Of a stretch of 35,509 nucleotides of DNA, positions 23,286-34,659 are shown in pieces (positions within the stretch are counted from its first letter, which is position 1; every line of letters starts with the position of its first letter). The notes under the pieces are model-generated. The model saw nothing but the letters and a program-made list of their open reading frames with translations, was not told where the DNA came from and did not search any database. A program made the position numbers and the translations under genes. Where the stretch lies: the sequence record DRR378314_1459; one strand, given 5' to 3'.

Positions 23286-23567
23286 ATGACCGACGATAAC
23301 GAAACCCGGGTTCGTCACCGCTTTGTCGGCCTTTATGTTCTGTTGCTCGGTTTGCTGGGCGCGAACATGGCCGGCACCCTGATCGACGCCGGCGGGCTGG
23401 CGATACCGATTCGGCTTTCGGTGGCCGCCGTGATGGTGGTGGTGATCGCCACCTCCTTCATGCGGCTCCGACAAAGCAGCGCACTGGTGCAGGTGGTGGC
23501 GGTGATGAGCCTGCTCTGGATCATGTTCCTGTTCGTGCTCACCTTCGCCGATTTTCTCACCCGCTAG
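23286..23567 (+). CDS. caa3-type oxidase subunit IV family protein
   Basis: ATG 23286; 93 aa, 3 TMs, SFMRL and C-terminal LTFADFLTR. Confidence 0.75.
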   Translation: MTDDNETRVRHRFVGLYVLLLGLLGANMAGTLIDAGGLAIPIRLSVAAVMVVVIATSFMRLRQSSALVQVVAVMSLLWIMFLFVLTFADFLTR

Positions 23568-23580
23568 CGCCGCCCGGCGA

Positions 23581-25245
23581 TCAACCGGGTGTAACGCGGG
23601 TGCTGCGATGGTGGCCCGGGCCGACCAGACCGCGCGGTTTGAAGCTGTCCGGGTCGGCGGCGTTCCACCATTCCTGGTACGGGGTGGCGGCCGGGTCCTC
23701 AAGCAACTCACCGGAACGCAGAAACGGATACATCTTATCCAGGCCGATCAATTCCGTGGCGCTGCGCCGGTGCAGCAGATGGTGCGGCAGCAGCTCAGCG
23801 GGATGGTCCAGCCCGGCGGCGGCCACCAGGTCCGCCAGATGGTCCAGGGTGTGGCGCTGAAAATTGGCCACGCGGGGCGCTTTGTCGGCGATCACCAGAC
23901 CGCGCTGCCGGTTGGGGTTCTGCGTCGCCACACCGGTGGGGCACAGATCGTTATGGCAGCTTTTGGTCTGCACACAGCCCAGCGACAACATGAACGCCCG
24001 GGCCGCGTTGCACCAGTCGGCGCCCAGCGCCAGGTTGGCGGCCATGGTGTAGGCGCTGTACACCTTGCCGCTGGCCGCCAGCCGGATGTCCGGACGCAGG
24101 CCGGTGCCCACCAGAGCGTTACGCACCAGCAACAGCCCTTCACGCAACGGCATGCCCACATGGTCGGAGAATTCCTCCGGCGCCGCGCCGGTGCCGCCCT
24201 CGGCGCCGTCGACCACGATGAAATCAAGACGGATGCCGGAATCCAGCATCGCCTTGCACAGCGCGAACACTTCCCACGGATGGCCCACGCACAGTTTGAT
24301 GCCCACCGGCTTGCCGCCGGAATCCGCGCGCAGGGAGGCCGCGAATTCGAGCAACTCCCGGGGCGTGGAAAACGCGGTGTGATAGGCCGGCGACAGGCAA
24401 TCCTGCGCCACCGGAATCTTGCGGGTGCGGGCGATTTCCTCGGTGATCTTGGCCGCCGGCAGTAAACCGCCGTGGCCCGGTTTGGCGCCCTGGCTGAGTT
24501 TGATTTCGATCATGCGCACCGAGTCCCGGTTGGCCTGCTCGCGAAACAGCCCGCGATCAAAATAGCCGTCCCGGTCCCGGCAGCCGAAGTAGCCGCTGCC
24601 GATCTCCCAGACCAGATCGCCGCCGTGACGCACATGGTAGGGGCTGATGCCGCCTTCTCCGGTGTCCTGGTAGAAGCCGCCGCGCCGGGCACCGAGATTC
24701 AGGGCCTCCACCGCCGGCCCGCTCAGCGAGCCGAAACTCATCGCGGAAACGTTGAGCAGTGACACGTCGACGGGGCGCGCGCAGGTGTCGGCGCCCACCC
24801 GTACCCGGAAGTCACTGTCCGGCTTGGGACGCGGCGCCATGGAATGGGTCACCACCTGGAATTCGTTGTCGTAGGCGTCCAGATCGCTGCCGAACGGCTT
24901 GGCGTCCACCTGGTCCTTGGCGCGCTCGTAAATCAACGAGCGCCTGTCCCGGTTATAGGGCCGGCCCTCGCGGTCATTCTCGACAATGTACTGGCGTAGA
25001 AACGGTCGCAGAAATTCAAAAAACCAGCGGAAATGGGCGAGCAACGGATAGTTGCGCAGCAGCGTGTGGCGGTGCTGCAGCAGATCGCGCAGCCCCTGCG
25101 CCAGCAACGCCAGGGCCACCAGCGTTAGTAACCACAGCCACGGCGAGGCGGGATAAAAAAACAACGCGACACCGCCGCCAAGGAAGATCAACGCGGCGAT
25201 CACGGGACCAATGAACCGGCCCGGTCCGGTGGTGCTGTCAGCCAT
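23581..25245 (-). CDS. FMN-binding glutamate synthase family protein (FMN domain only, N-terminal membrane anchor)
   Basis: Start reassigned to ATG 25245 after SD AAGGAG; 2 TMs, SAMSFGSLS, DTGEGG, IEIKLSQGAKPGHGG, VDGAEGGTGAAP, [3Fe-4S] CVQTKSCHNDLCPTG. Confidence 0.9.
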   Translation of the reverse strand: MADSTTGPGRFIGPVIAALIFLGGGVALFFYPASPWLWLLTLVALALLAQGLRDLLQHRHTLLRNYPLLAHFRWFFEFLRPFLRQYIVENDREGRPYNRDRRSLIYERAKDQVDAKPFGSDLDAYDNEFQVVTHSMAPRPKPDSDFRVRVGADTCARPVDVSLLNVSAMSFGSLSGPAVEALNLGARRGGFYQDTGEGGISPYHVRHGGDLVWEIGSGYFGCRDRDGYFDRGLFREQANRDSVRMIEIKLSQGAKPGHGGLLPAAKITEEIARTRKIPVAQDCLSPAYHTAFSTPRELLEFAASLRADSGGKPVGIKLCVGHPWEVFALCKAMLDSGIRLDFIVVDGAEGGTGAAPEEFSDHVGMPLREGLLLVRNALVGTGLRPDIRLAASGKVYSAYTMAANLALGADWCNAARAFMLSLGCVQTKSCHNDLCPTGVATQNPNRQRGLVIADKAPRVANFQRHTLDHLADLVAAAGLDHPAELLPHHLLHRRSATELIGLDKMYPFLRSGELLEDPAATPYQEWWNAADPDSFKPRGLVGPGHHRSTRVTPG

Positions 25246-25417
25246 CGTACTCTCCTTTTTACGATGAACCTCAACGCTACCTGATGTGGCCGCCACGGGA
25301 CGGCGAAAAAACGTAAAAGCATGACAAATTCCGCCGCGCGCCCCTGTTTCCAGGCACCGAAAGTCGCAGGATGAATCCAAACCGTTAAGGACGATGCAAG
25401 CCAAAAGGAGGTTCATC

Positions 25418-25459
25418 ATGGCAACGCAGAAGCAGATTCAGGCCGCCCGGGAAAACATC
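25418..25459 (+). pseudogene. 5' fragment (codons 1-14, MATQKQIQAARENI) of the IS-interrupted basic hypothetical gene
   Basis: SD AAGGAGG then ATG 25418; joins in frame with 28841 when the IS and one TSD copy are removed. Confidence 0.85.
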
Positions 25460-25483
25460 GGGTATTCGGATTAAATGGTTGAT
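25460..25483. repeat. IS terminal inverted repeat (tnpA end)
   Basis: GGGTATTCGGATTAAATGGTTGAT. Confidence 0.95.
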
Positions 25484-25517
25484 GGGGTGCTCTTGCCCCA
25501 CCTACTCGGTACCACCC

Positions 25518-26807
25518 TCAGATGGTTGATAGATCGACCCCGTAGTTGAGCTCCTCTGCGAAGTCCGGTAGTCCGTAACCGATGGTTTTCTTGTAGAACG
25601 GAGAGACCTTCGCAGTGGGTGCCTTCTTTTTGTGCTTCGTGGTGTAGAGCATTCGTGCCCGCATCACCTCGAAGGAGTAACCACGCCCTTCACGGTTCTT
25701 GTCTTTGGCCAGTCGGTTGATCGACTCCGTGTAAGCGTTGGTGACGGGCATGTCCGTCTCGAAGTAGGTCATGATCTCTTCGCGCCAGTTGCCCACAGCC
25801 CTGACCAGATCGCTCCAGACTTCCTTCTGGCCTTTCGGAATGGTGGCTATCCACTCGTCCAGGGCGGCTTCTGACTGGGGCCGTGTGGTGGCGTCCCAGA
25901 TGCCGTAGAAGCGTTCCTTGTGCTCGTAGGCGGCCAGCAGTTGCGGGAATGCGCCTGTCCAGGTCTCCATGATCAGCCGTTCCCGATCTGAAACTTCGTG
26001 AGCGCGTTTCAGCAGGATCTTCCGGTCGCCCTTGAGGGTTCGGCTCTGGGAGGGTTTCAGCTCCTTTCTGAGGCCCTTGCGCACCTTCTCCAGGGCATCG
26101 TTGGCCATGCGTACCACATGGAACTTATCGACCACGATGCGGGCCTGTGGCAGCACGGCCTTGACCGCTGCCCGGTAAGGGTTCCACATGTCCATGCTGA
26201 CGATCTCGACCTTCTGGCGGTCTTTCAGCTTCATCAGGTAGTTGGTCACCACGTCCTGACGGCGGGTAGCCAGCAGGTCGAGCAGGGTTCGCTCCTCGAT
26301 GTTGGTCAGGATGCAGCGGTAGCGCTTGTTCAGGTACAGCTCGTCGATGCCCAAAATGCGGGGCGTCTCGAAGCGGTGCCAGCGCCCCAAGAACTCGGCG
26401 CGGGCGTTGAAGATGTCGCGTACCGTCTTCTCGTCCAGACCTGTCTGTGCCGCCACGAAGGTGTAGGGGTGGTTGAAGGATTCCTTCTCCACGTATTCAT
26501 GCAGCCGCAGCGTCATACGGAAGCCGTCCACCATCTCCGGTAGCTGGGGCCTGAAGGTTGTCTTGCAGGCCCGGCAGGTGTACCGGCGGCGGACCACCCA
26601 GAGGGTGACCCGCTTGCCGTGGATGGGCAGATCACGATAGGGAACATCACGCTTGCCGAACCGCACGAACTCACCCTGCACGCCGCATTCCTCGCAAGCG
26701 ACGGGATCGGGCGCGTCCACCTGGAAGTGCATTTCGTCGTCGGTTGATTTGCAGCCCAGTACTTGGTATTGCGGCAGGTGAAGAATGTTGTCGGGAAGTT
26801 CGGTCAT
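25518..26807 (-). CDS. tnpA: ISL3 family transposase
   Basis: Zn finger CEEC..CRAC; DDE residues in LGIDE, SMDMW, VDKFHV and TNAYTESIN. Confidence 0.96.
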   Translation of the reverse strand: MTELPDNILHLPQYQVLGCKSTDDEMHFQVDAPDPVACEECGVQGEFVRFGKRDVPYRDLPIHGKRVTLWVVRRRYTCRACKTTFRPQLPEMVDGFRMTLRLHEYVEKESFNHPYTFVAAQTGLDEKTVRDIFNARAEFLGRWHRFETPRILGIDELYLNKRYRCILTNIEERTLLDLLATRRQDVVTNYLMKLKDRQKVEIVSMDMWNPYRAAVKAVLPQARIVVDKFHVVRMANDALEKVRKGLRKELKPSQSRTLKGDRKILLKRAHEVSDRERLIMETWTGAFPQLLAAYEHKERFYGIWDATTRPQSEAALDEWIATIPKGQKEVWSDLVRAVGNWREEIMTYFETDMPVTNAYTESINRLAKDKNREGRGYSFEVMRARMLYTTKHKKKAPTAKVSPFYKKTIGYGLPDFAEELNYGVDLSTI

Positions 26808-26828
26808 GGTGTTGTATAGGCGAAGGTG

Positions 26829-27341
26829 TCAGTCAGATCCATCCGACTCGGCATTGGTGTTTGTTTTTTTACCCAAAAAGCTGCCGGAAACGAAAAGTAA
26901 GGCACCGAGGACAATTGCAATATCAGCCAGGTTGAAGGCCGGCCAATGCCAGTCTCGCCAATAGAAATCAAAGGAATCCACAACATAGCCACGAAAGACC
27001 CGGTCAATCAGGTTGCCCATGGCGCCACCGAGGATAAGACTGTAAGCGATGGCTTCTCCTTTATGACGATTTTCAAGGATCAGCTTGATCAGAAAAATCG
27101 AGACCGCCACCGCGATCCCGATAAAAAAGTAGCGCTGCCAGCCTCCACCATTCGCAAAAAGACTGAATGCGGCACCGGTGTTCCATAGGTGCACCCAGTT
27201 AAAGAACGGGGTCACCGAAACAGACTCGCCATAGGCCATTGATTGCTGCACCAGCCACTTTACAGCCTGATCAGACGTTGCCAGCAGGCCCGATATGGAC
27301 AACAGGGCGTACGGCGAGAGCTTTTTGCCAATAATGAGCAT
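26829..27341 (-). CDS. lspA: Lipoprotein signal peptidase II (IS cargo copy)
   Basis: DQAVK, NTGAAFS, GGAMGNLIDR, VVDSF, WPAFNLADI. Confidence 0.95.
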   Translation of the reverse strand: MLIIGKKLSPYALLSISGLLATSDQAVKWLVQQSMAYGESVSVTPFFNWVHLWNTGAAFSLFANGGGWQRYFFIGIAVAVSIFLIKLILENRHKGEAIAYSLILGGAMGNLIDRVFRGYVVDSFDFYWRDWHWPAFNLADIAIVLGALLFVSGSFLGKKTNTNAESDGSD

Positions 27342-27344
27342 TAT

Positions 27345-28241
27345 TTAACCCTTGAGCGCCAGAATGCGCCTGGCACCGTTAAGCACGACGAGCCCCGCGA
27401 TGGTGCCGATAATTAGATCCGGATAATTGGAACCGGTCCACGCGACCAGGGCGCCGGCGGTGATGACCCCCAGGTTGATCACCACGTCGTTGGCCGAGAA
27501 TATCCAGCTTGCCTTCATGTGCGCCCCGCCCTCCCGATGTTTGGATATGAGCAGCAGACAACTGGTATTGGCAATCAATGCGACGAATGCGATAGCCATC
27601 ATCACCAGCGATTCAGGCTCACTACCGAATACAAAGCGTCTCACCACCTCTATGAGTACGCCCACAGCCAAGATCAGTTGCAGTACACCAGCAACATGCG
27701 CGGCACGTAACTGCATTCTCACGCTATGTCCAACCGCATAAAGGGCGAGCCCGTACACGGCCGCATCGGCGAAATTGTCCAGGGACTCTCCAATCAGGCC
27801 GGTGGACTGGGCGATCAGGCCGGCTGTCATTTCCACTACGAAAAGGAGTGCATTGATGCCGAGCAACCAGCGCAGAGTCCCGGATTCTTGCGTGGCAGAG
27901 GCTGCCGAGAACTCGGCCGCCTTGATGGTCTCCGGATCGGCAGCGACGCTTTCCTGAAGCGAGGCGCCTAGCTCCAAGGTCTTCAGTTTCGAGGTGACGG
28001 GCTCGACCTCACCGTCATGCACGACCTTCACCCGGCGGTTCGACAAGTCGAAGGACAGTGCCCGAATCCCCTCAACGCCGTTCAGGGCCAGGCGAATCAT
28101 GCGCTCTTCTGATGGACAGTCCATCTTCGGCACGGCATAAACACTGACCCATTCCCCCGACGCATCGGAGGAGGCCTGCATATCGGTATCCGCCGCAGGC
28201 CTTGCATCGTCGCCACAGGGGCCTCCGCAGTTTTTACTCAT
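27345..28241 (-). CDS. Heavy-metal cation transporter (CDF-like) with N-terminal HMA-like domain
   Basis: CGGPC, MDCPSEE metal-binding loop; SLDNFADA and WIFSANDV; multiple TMs. Confidence 0.88.
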   Translation of the reverse strand: MSKNCGGPCGDDARPAADTDMQASSDASGEWVSVYAVPKMDCPSEERMIRLALNGVEGIRALSFDLSNRRVKVVHDGEVEPVTSKLKTLELGASLQESVAADPETIKAAEFSAASATQESGTLRWLLGINALLFVVEMTAGLIAQSTGLIGESLDNFADAAVYGLALYAVGHSVRMQLRAAHVAGVLQLILAVGVLIEVVRRFVFGSEPESLVMMAIAFVALIANTSCLLLISKHREGGAHMKASWIFSANDVVINLGVITAGALVAWTGSNYPDLIIGTIAGLVVLNGARRILALKG

Positions 28242-28274
28242 GATATGACTCCACTTGAATGTGATCGGGCTTTC

Positions 28275-28305
28275 ATTTAAAACTATATAGTAGCTATAAG
28301 GTCAA
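28275..28305 (-). promoter_or_regulatory. MerR-type (CadR/PbrR) promoter/operator for the transporter-lspA-tnpA unit
   Basis: Minus strand TTGACC-N19-TTAAAT with the dyad TATAG-N3-CTATA (28286-28298) inside the 19-bp spacer. Confidence 0.85.
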
Positions 28306-28336
28306 TAGCGTAGAGAATCCGTTGCGGAGGAACCCG

Positions 28337-28744
28337 ATGCGTATTGGTCAGTTGGCACAGTCAGTAGGGGTAGATACACAGACGATCCGCTTCTACGAAC
28401 GGCAGGGCTTGTTGCCGCCGCCTGATCGGCAGGAGAACGGTTACCGTGTCTATACCGAGAAACACGTTGAGCGGCTGGCCTTTATTCGTCGCTGCCGCAT
28501 CCTGGATCTGTCACTGGCAGAAATTCACGAACTACAGCGCTATCAGGACGACCCTCATCAGTCCTGTACCGCCGTCAATGCTTTGCTCGATGATCACATC
28601 TCTCATGTGCGCTCGCAGATAACCGCTCTACAGGCGCTTGAGAAACAACTCGTTTCACTAAGAGCGCGTTGCAACGATGACCGGGAAGTTAAGGCGTGTG
28701 GGGTTCTTGCTGGAATTAGCGAGGGAAGCATGCATCAGCAGTAG
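28337..28744 (+). CDS. Cd(II)/Pb(II)-responsive MerR family regulator
   Basis: MRIGQLA..TIRFYERQGLL..NGYRVY; Cys ligands SCTAVN, RARC, ACGVL; SD GGAGG before ATG 28337. Confidence 0.92.
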   Translation: MRIGQLAQSVGVDTQTIRFYERQGLLPPPDRQENGYRVYTEKHVERLAFIRRCRILDLSLAEIHELQRYQDDPHQSCTAVNALLDDHISHVRSQITALQALEKQLVSLRARCNDDREVKACGVLAGISEGSMHQQ

Positions 28745-28808
28745 GTTGGAGTACCAACCAGATAATCCGATGAGATGTCGGTTTGCCTCACTCTCATGCA
28801 AAGGTAAG

Positions 28809-28832
28809 ATCAACCATTTAATCCGTATACCC
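28809..28832. repeat. IS terminal inverted repeat (merR end)
   Basis: ATCAACCATTTAATCCGTATACCC; its reverse complement differs from the other IR at 1 nt. Confidence 0.95.
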
Positions 28833-28840
28833 AAAACATC

Positions 28841-29311
28841 AAGAAGGCGCAGAAAACCTGGCGCAATATGAGCAAATCCGAACGCGCCCGCTCTCAGCCG
28901 GAAGGCGCCCAGCGCAAGGCGCCGGGCCGTGGCAGCGACGGCGACTACTACCATGTGGCGGTGCGCAACAAATCCCAGTTCAAGACGTTCCGCACCCACG
29001 ACGTGGGCGACCCTGGCGGCATCCAGCGGGTGGCCGGACAACGCAAAAGCGGCACCTGGGGCACGGTGAAATGGCTGATCCCCAAGGAATGGGCGCACAT
29101 GAAAGGCGGCAAGCTGATCGCCGACAGCGACGACGCCCGCAAGGTGCTGGAGCAATTGGGCAGCGCGCCGGTGCACAGCAGCGCCGACATGTTCGAGGCC
29201 AAACCGCGCCCCAAGGTGCCGGAGAAGGACAAACCCACCAAGGCGCAACAACAGGCGCGCCGGGAGAACATCAAGAAGGCGCAACGGGCCGCGCACCAGC
29301 GCGGCCACTGA
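28841..29311 (+). pseudogene. 3' part of IS-interrupted basic hypothetical protein (internal ATG 28868 could give a 147-aa truncated product)
   Basis: KKAQKTWRN-MSKSER... continues the 25418 fragment in frame; the reconstructed product is 170 aa. Confidence 0.82.
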
Positions 29312-29317
29312 CCCCGC

Positions 29318-30685
29318 TCAAGGCGTGTCGTCGCTCTCCGGCGTGCCGTTCTGGTCCGCGCCCTCGTCCGCATCGTCGTCGGAGGCGGCGGGCAGAGCGC
29401 GGCGTGCCTTGGCGCCCAGGTCGCGCAGCTTGTGGGCCTGACCGAGAAGGTTACCGCGGCCTTCGGTGAGCCGTTTGTAGGAGGTTTCCCAGGACTGCTG
29501 CGCCTTGTCGATCTTGTCGCCCACATCCGACAGGGACTCCGCCACCAGTGACACCTGGTCGCAGATGCGGCCGGCGCGGCTGGCGATGTCCAGCGCGTTA
29601 CGGTTCTGGTACTCGTAGCGCCAGATGTTCTGAATGGTGCGCAGGGTGACCAGCAGCGTGGTCGGGCTGACCAGCACGATATTGCGCTCGTAGGCCTCGG
29701 TATAAAGGCCCGGATCCGCTTCCATGGCGGTCATGAAGGCCCCTTCCACGGGGATGAACAGCAGCACGAAATCGAGGCTGCGCACCCCTTCCAGGCCGCT
29801 GTAATTCTTCGCGTCCAGACCCTTGATGTGGGCGCGCAGGGAGCTGAGGTGCTGTTCGCGGGCCAGGCCGCGCTGTTCGTCGTCCTCGGCGGACACGTAG
29901 CGCTCGTAGGCCACCAGCGACACCTTGGCGTCGATTACCACGTCCTTGTCTTCCGGAAGATGCACGATGGCGTCCGGCAGACGTCGTTCGCCGCTCTCCC
30001 CTTTCAGCGCCACCTGGGTATCGTATTCGCGGCCCTTGGTGAGCCCGGAGCTTTCCAGCACCCGCTCCAGAATCATCTCGCCCCAGTTGCCCTGGGTTTT
30101 CACCTGGCCCTTTAGTGCCTCGGTGAGGTTGCGCGCGTCCTGGTGCATCTGCTGGTTGAGGCTTTTCAGGTGTTGCAGCTGTTCGGTGAGCGCCGCCTGG
30201 GCGCGCGCGTCATCGCCGTGGATCTGATCCACCCGGCGGCGGAACTCCGACAGCTGCTCGCGGAACGGCTTCAACAGCCCGTCCAGCCCCTCGCGGTTCT
30301 TTTCCTCGAACTGCTTGCTGCGCTGTTCGAAGATTTTCGCCGACAGATTTTCGAATTCATGGCGCAGCTGTTCGCGGCTGTTTTCCAGAAAGGCGAGCTT
30401 GTCCTGCTGGCCGGCCAGCCGCTCATCCAGACGGGCTTTGTCGGCGCGCGCCTGGGCCAGGCTCTGCTCGCTTTCCCGCAGCCGTTGCTCAAGATTTCGT
30501 TGGCGCTCGTCCTGCTGCTGGTGCTGACGGTCGCGTTCCTCGGCCAGAGTGGCGAGACGGTCACGGGCCTGGTCCCGCTCGCCGCGCAGACGGTTCAGGG
30601 CGCCGCGCGTGATCAGTAGCGCGATCAGGGCGGTCACCGCCGCCGACAGGGCGCCGGTGAGAATCCATACGGTCAGATCGTTCAT
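29318..30685 (-). CDS. rmuC: DNA recombination protein RmuC
   Basis: Start reassigned to ATG 30685 (ATGA overlap with tatD); N-terminal TM, coiled coil, KTQGNWGEMIL, PDAIV, IDAK, DFVLLFIPVE, LVSPTTL. Confidence 0.93.
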   Translation of the reverse strand: MNDLTVWILTGALSAAVTALIALLITRGALNRLRGERDQARDRLATLAEERDRQHQQQDERQRNLEQRLRESEQSLAQARADKARLDERLAGQQDKLAFLENSREQLRHEFENLSAKIFEQRSKQFEEKNREGLDGLLKPFREQLSEFRRRVDQIHGDDARAQAALTEQLQHLKSLNQQMHQDARNLTEALKGQVKTQGNWGEMILERVLESSGLTKGREYDTQVALKGESGERRLPDAIVHLPEDKDVVIDAKVSLVAYERYVSAEDDEQRGLAREQHLSSLRAHIKGLDAKNYSGLEGVRSLDFVLLFIPVEGAFMTAMEADPGLYTEAYERNIVLVSPTTLLVTLRTIQNIWRYEYQNRNALDIASRAGRICDQVSLVAESLSDVGDKIDKAQQSWETSYKRLTEGRGNLLGQAHKLRDLGAKARRALPAASDDDADEGADQNGTPESDDTP

Positions 30686-31488
30686 CGCGCCGCCTTGTTG
30701 AACAGGGTGTAGAAATTGTCCCGGGTCAGCGCCGCCAGCTCGGCCACCGGAATGCCCTTGAGCTCCGCCACGCACTCGGCCACCCGGGCCACGTAACGGG
30801 GCTCGTTGGGTTTGCCGCGGTACGGCACCGGCGCCAGCCAGGGGGAGTCGGTTTCGATCAACAGGCGCTCCAGCGGCACCTGACGCACGGTGTCGCGCAG
30901 CGCCTCCGCGTTGCGGAAGGTGACGATGCCGGAAATGGAAATATAGAAGCCCAGCGCCATGGCCTGCTCGGCCATATCCAGGTCTTCGGTGAAACAATGC
31001 AGCACCCCGCGCACCTCGCCTTCGCCGTGCTCGCGCAACAGCGCCAGGGTGTCCTCCTTGGCGCCGCGGGTGTGGATGATCAGCGGCAGGCCGGTGCGGC
31101 GGGCGGCGCGGATGTGCTCGATAAAGCGGTCCCGCTGCCAGTCGCGCTGTTCCTTGGCGTAGAAATAATCCAGGCCGGTCTCGCCGATCGCCACCACCCG
31201 GGGGTGGTCGGCCAGGCGCACCAGCTCATCGGCGTCCGGCTCGCGGGAGTCCTTGTAGAGCGGGTGCACGCCCACGGTGGCGTGCACGTCGGCGTGGCGC
31301 TCGGCCAGCTCACGGACACGGGGAAAGGTTTCCAGATCGACACCGATGCACAGCATATGGCTGATGCCATCGGCGCGGGTGGCGGCCATCATGGCGTCGA
31401 AATCACCGTCGTAGGCATCCAGATTAAGACGGTCCAGGTGGCAGTGGGAATCCACCAGATCGGGACGATCAACAGCGGTGTCGGACAT
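30682..31488 (-). CDS. tatD: TatD family hydrolase (YcfH-type)
   Basis: DSHCHL, GVHP, IGETGLDY, IIHTR, LHCF, ETDSPWLAP. Confidence 0.95.
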   Translation of the reverse strand: MSDTAVDRPDLVDSHCHLDRLNLDAYDGDFDAMMAATRADGISHMLCIGVDLETFPRVRELAERHADVHATVGVHPLYKDSREPDADELVRLADHPRVVAIGETGLDYFYAKEQRDWQRDRFIEHIRAARRTGLPLIIHTRGAKEDTLALLREHGEGEVRGVLHCFTEDLDMAEQAMALGFYISISGIVTFRNAEALRDTVRQVPLERLLIETDSPWLAPVPYRGKPNEPRYVARVAECVAELKGIPVAELAALTRDNFYTLFNKAAR

Positions 31489-31554
31489 CAACGGTTCGGC
31501 TCCTGTCGCGGATAGCGGGAAAACCGCAAGGGTAGCGGGGAGCGACCGCGAACG

Positions 31555-31902
31555 CTACATGGTGTGGGTGGGACGATCCGATTGCAGCGAGCCGGCCAAG
31601 TGGTTTTCGATGGTGCGCCGGGCGGTGTCGTCCTGGTCGGAAAACTGCACGCCGATACCGGCGCTGCGGTTGCCCTGGGCGCCCTGGGGCGTGATCCACA
31701 CCACCTTGCCGGCCACCGGAATTTTCTCCGGCTCGTCCATGATATTGAGCAGCAGGAAGATTTCCTCGCCCAGCTTGTAGTTCTTGTCGGTGGCGACGAA
31801 CAGACCGCCGTTGGTGACGAAAGGCATGTAAGCCGAATACAGGGCCGCCTTGTCCTTGATGCTCAATGACAGAATGCCGCTGCGGCCTCCGGGCATTTTC
31901 AT
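31555..31902 (-). CDS. pilZ: Type IV pilus assembly PilZ-domain protein
   Basis: LSLSIKDKAALYSAYMPFVTNGGLF..VVWITP..GIGVQF..PTHTM; canonical position after holB. Confidence 0.95.
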   Translation of the reverse strand: MKMPGGRSGILSLSIKDKAALYSAYMPFVTNGGLFVATDKNYKLGEEIFLLLNIMDEPEKIPVAGKVVWITPQGAQGNRSAGIGVQFSDQDDTARRTIENHLAGSLQSDRPTHTM

Positions 31903-31955
31903 GCGATCGCTCCCCCTGACAAACCCTTTAGCGTTATTGGAATGGTCTCAGCAGA

Positions 31956-34659
<2,704 letters not shown>

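Larger units (their letters stand above)
25460..28832 (-). mobile_element. ISPpu12-like ISL3-family insertion sequence with metal-resistance cargo (3373 bp)
   Basis: 24-bp terminal IRs (23/24 match), 8-bp TSD AAAACATC at 25452-25459 and 28833-28840. Gene set tnpA, lspA, cation transporter, merR; lower GC than flanks. Confidence 0.95.

Noticed and set aside
16969-23567. N-terminally extended ORFs (16969, 18023, 20100, 23163) suggesting fusions or overlapping genes
   Set aside because: Better starts at 17314, 18905, 21057 and 23286 give coupled junctions and family-typical N-termini. The same applies to the 4386, 25419 and 30997 extensions.
23581-25245. gltB glutamate synthase large subunit
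   Set aside because: Only ~554 aa; lacks the amidotransferase and other GltB domains, and no gltD is nearby.
26829-27341. lspA as a dedicated maturation enzyme for the ActB/ActE lipoproteins
   Set aside because: It lies inside the IS boundaries and is standard ISPpu12-type cargo; the proximity looks coincidental.
31492-31554. Small hairpin or sRNA between pilZ and tatD
   Set aside because: Only a short GC stem with no U-tail or recognisable RNA motif.
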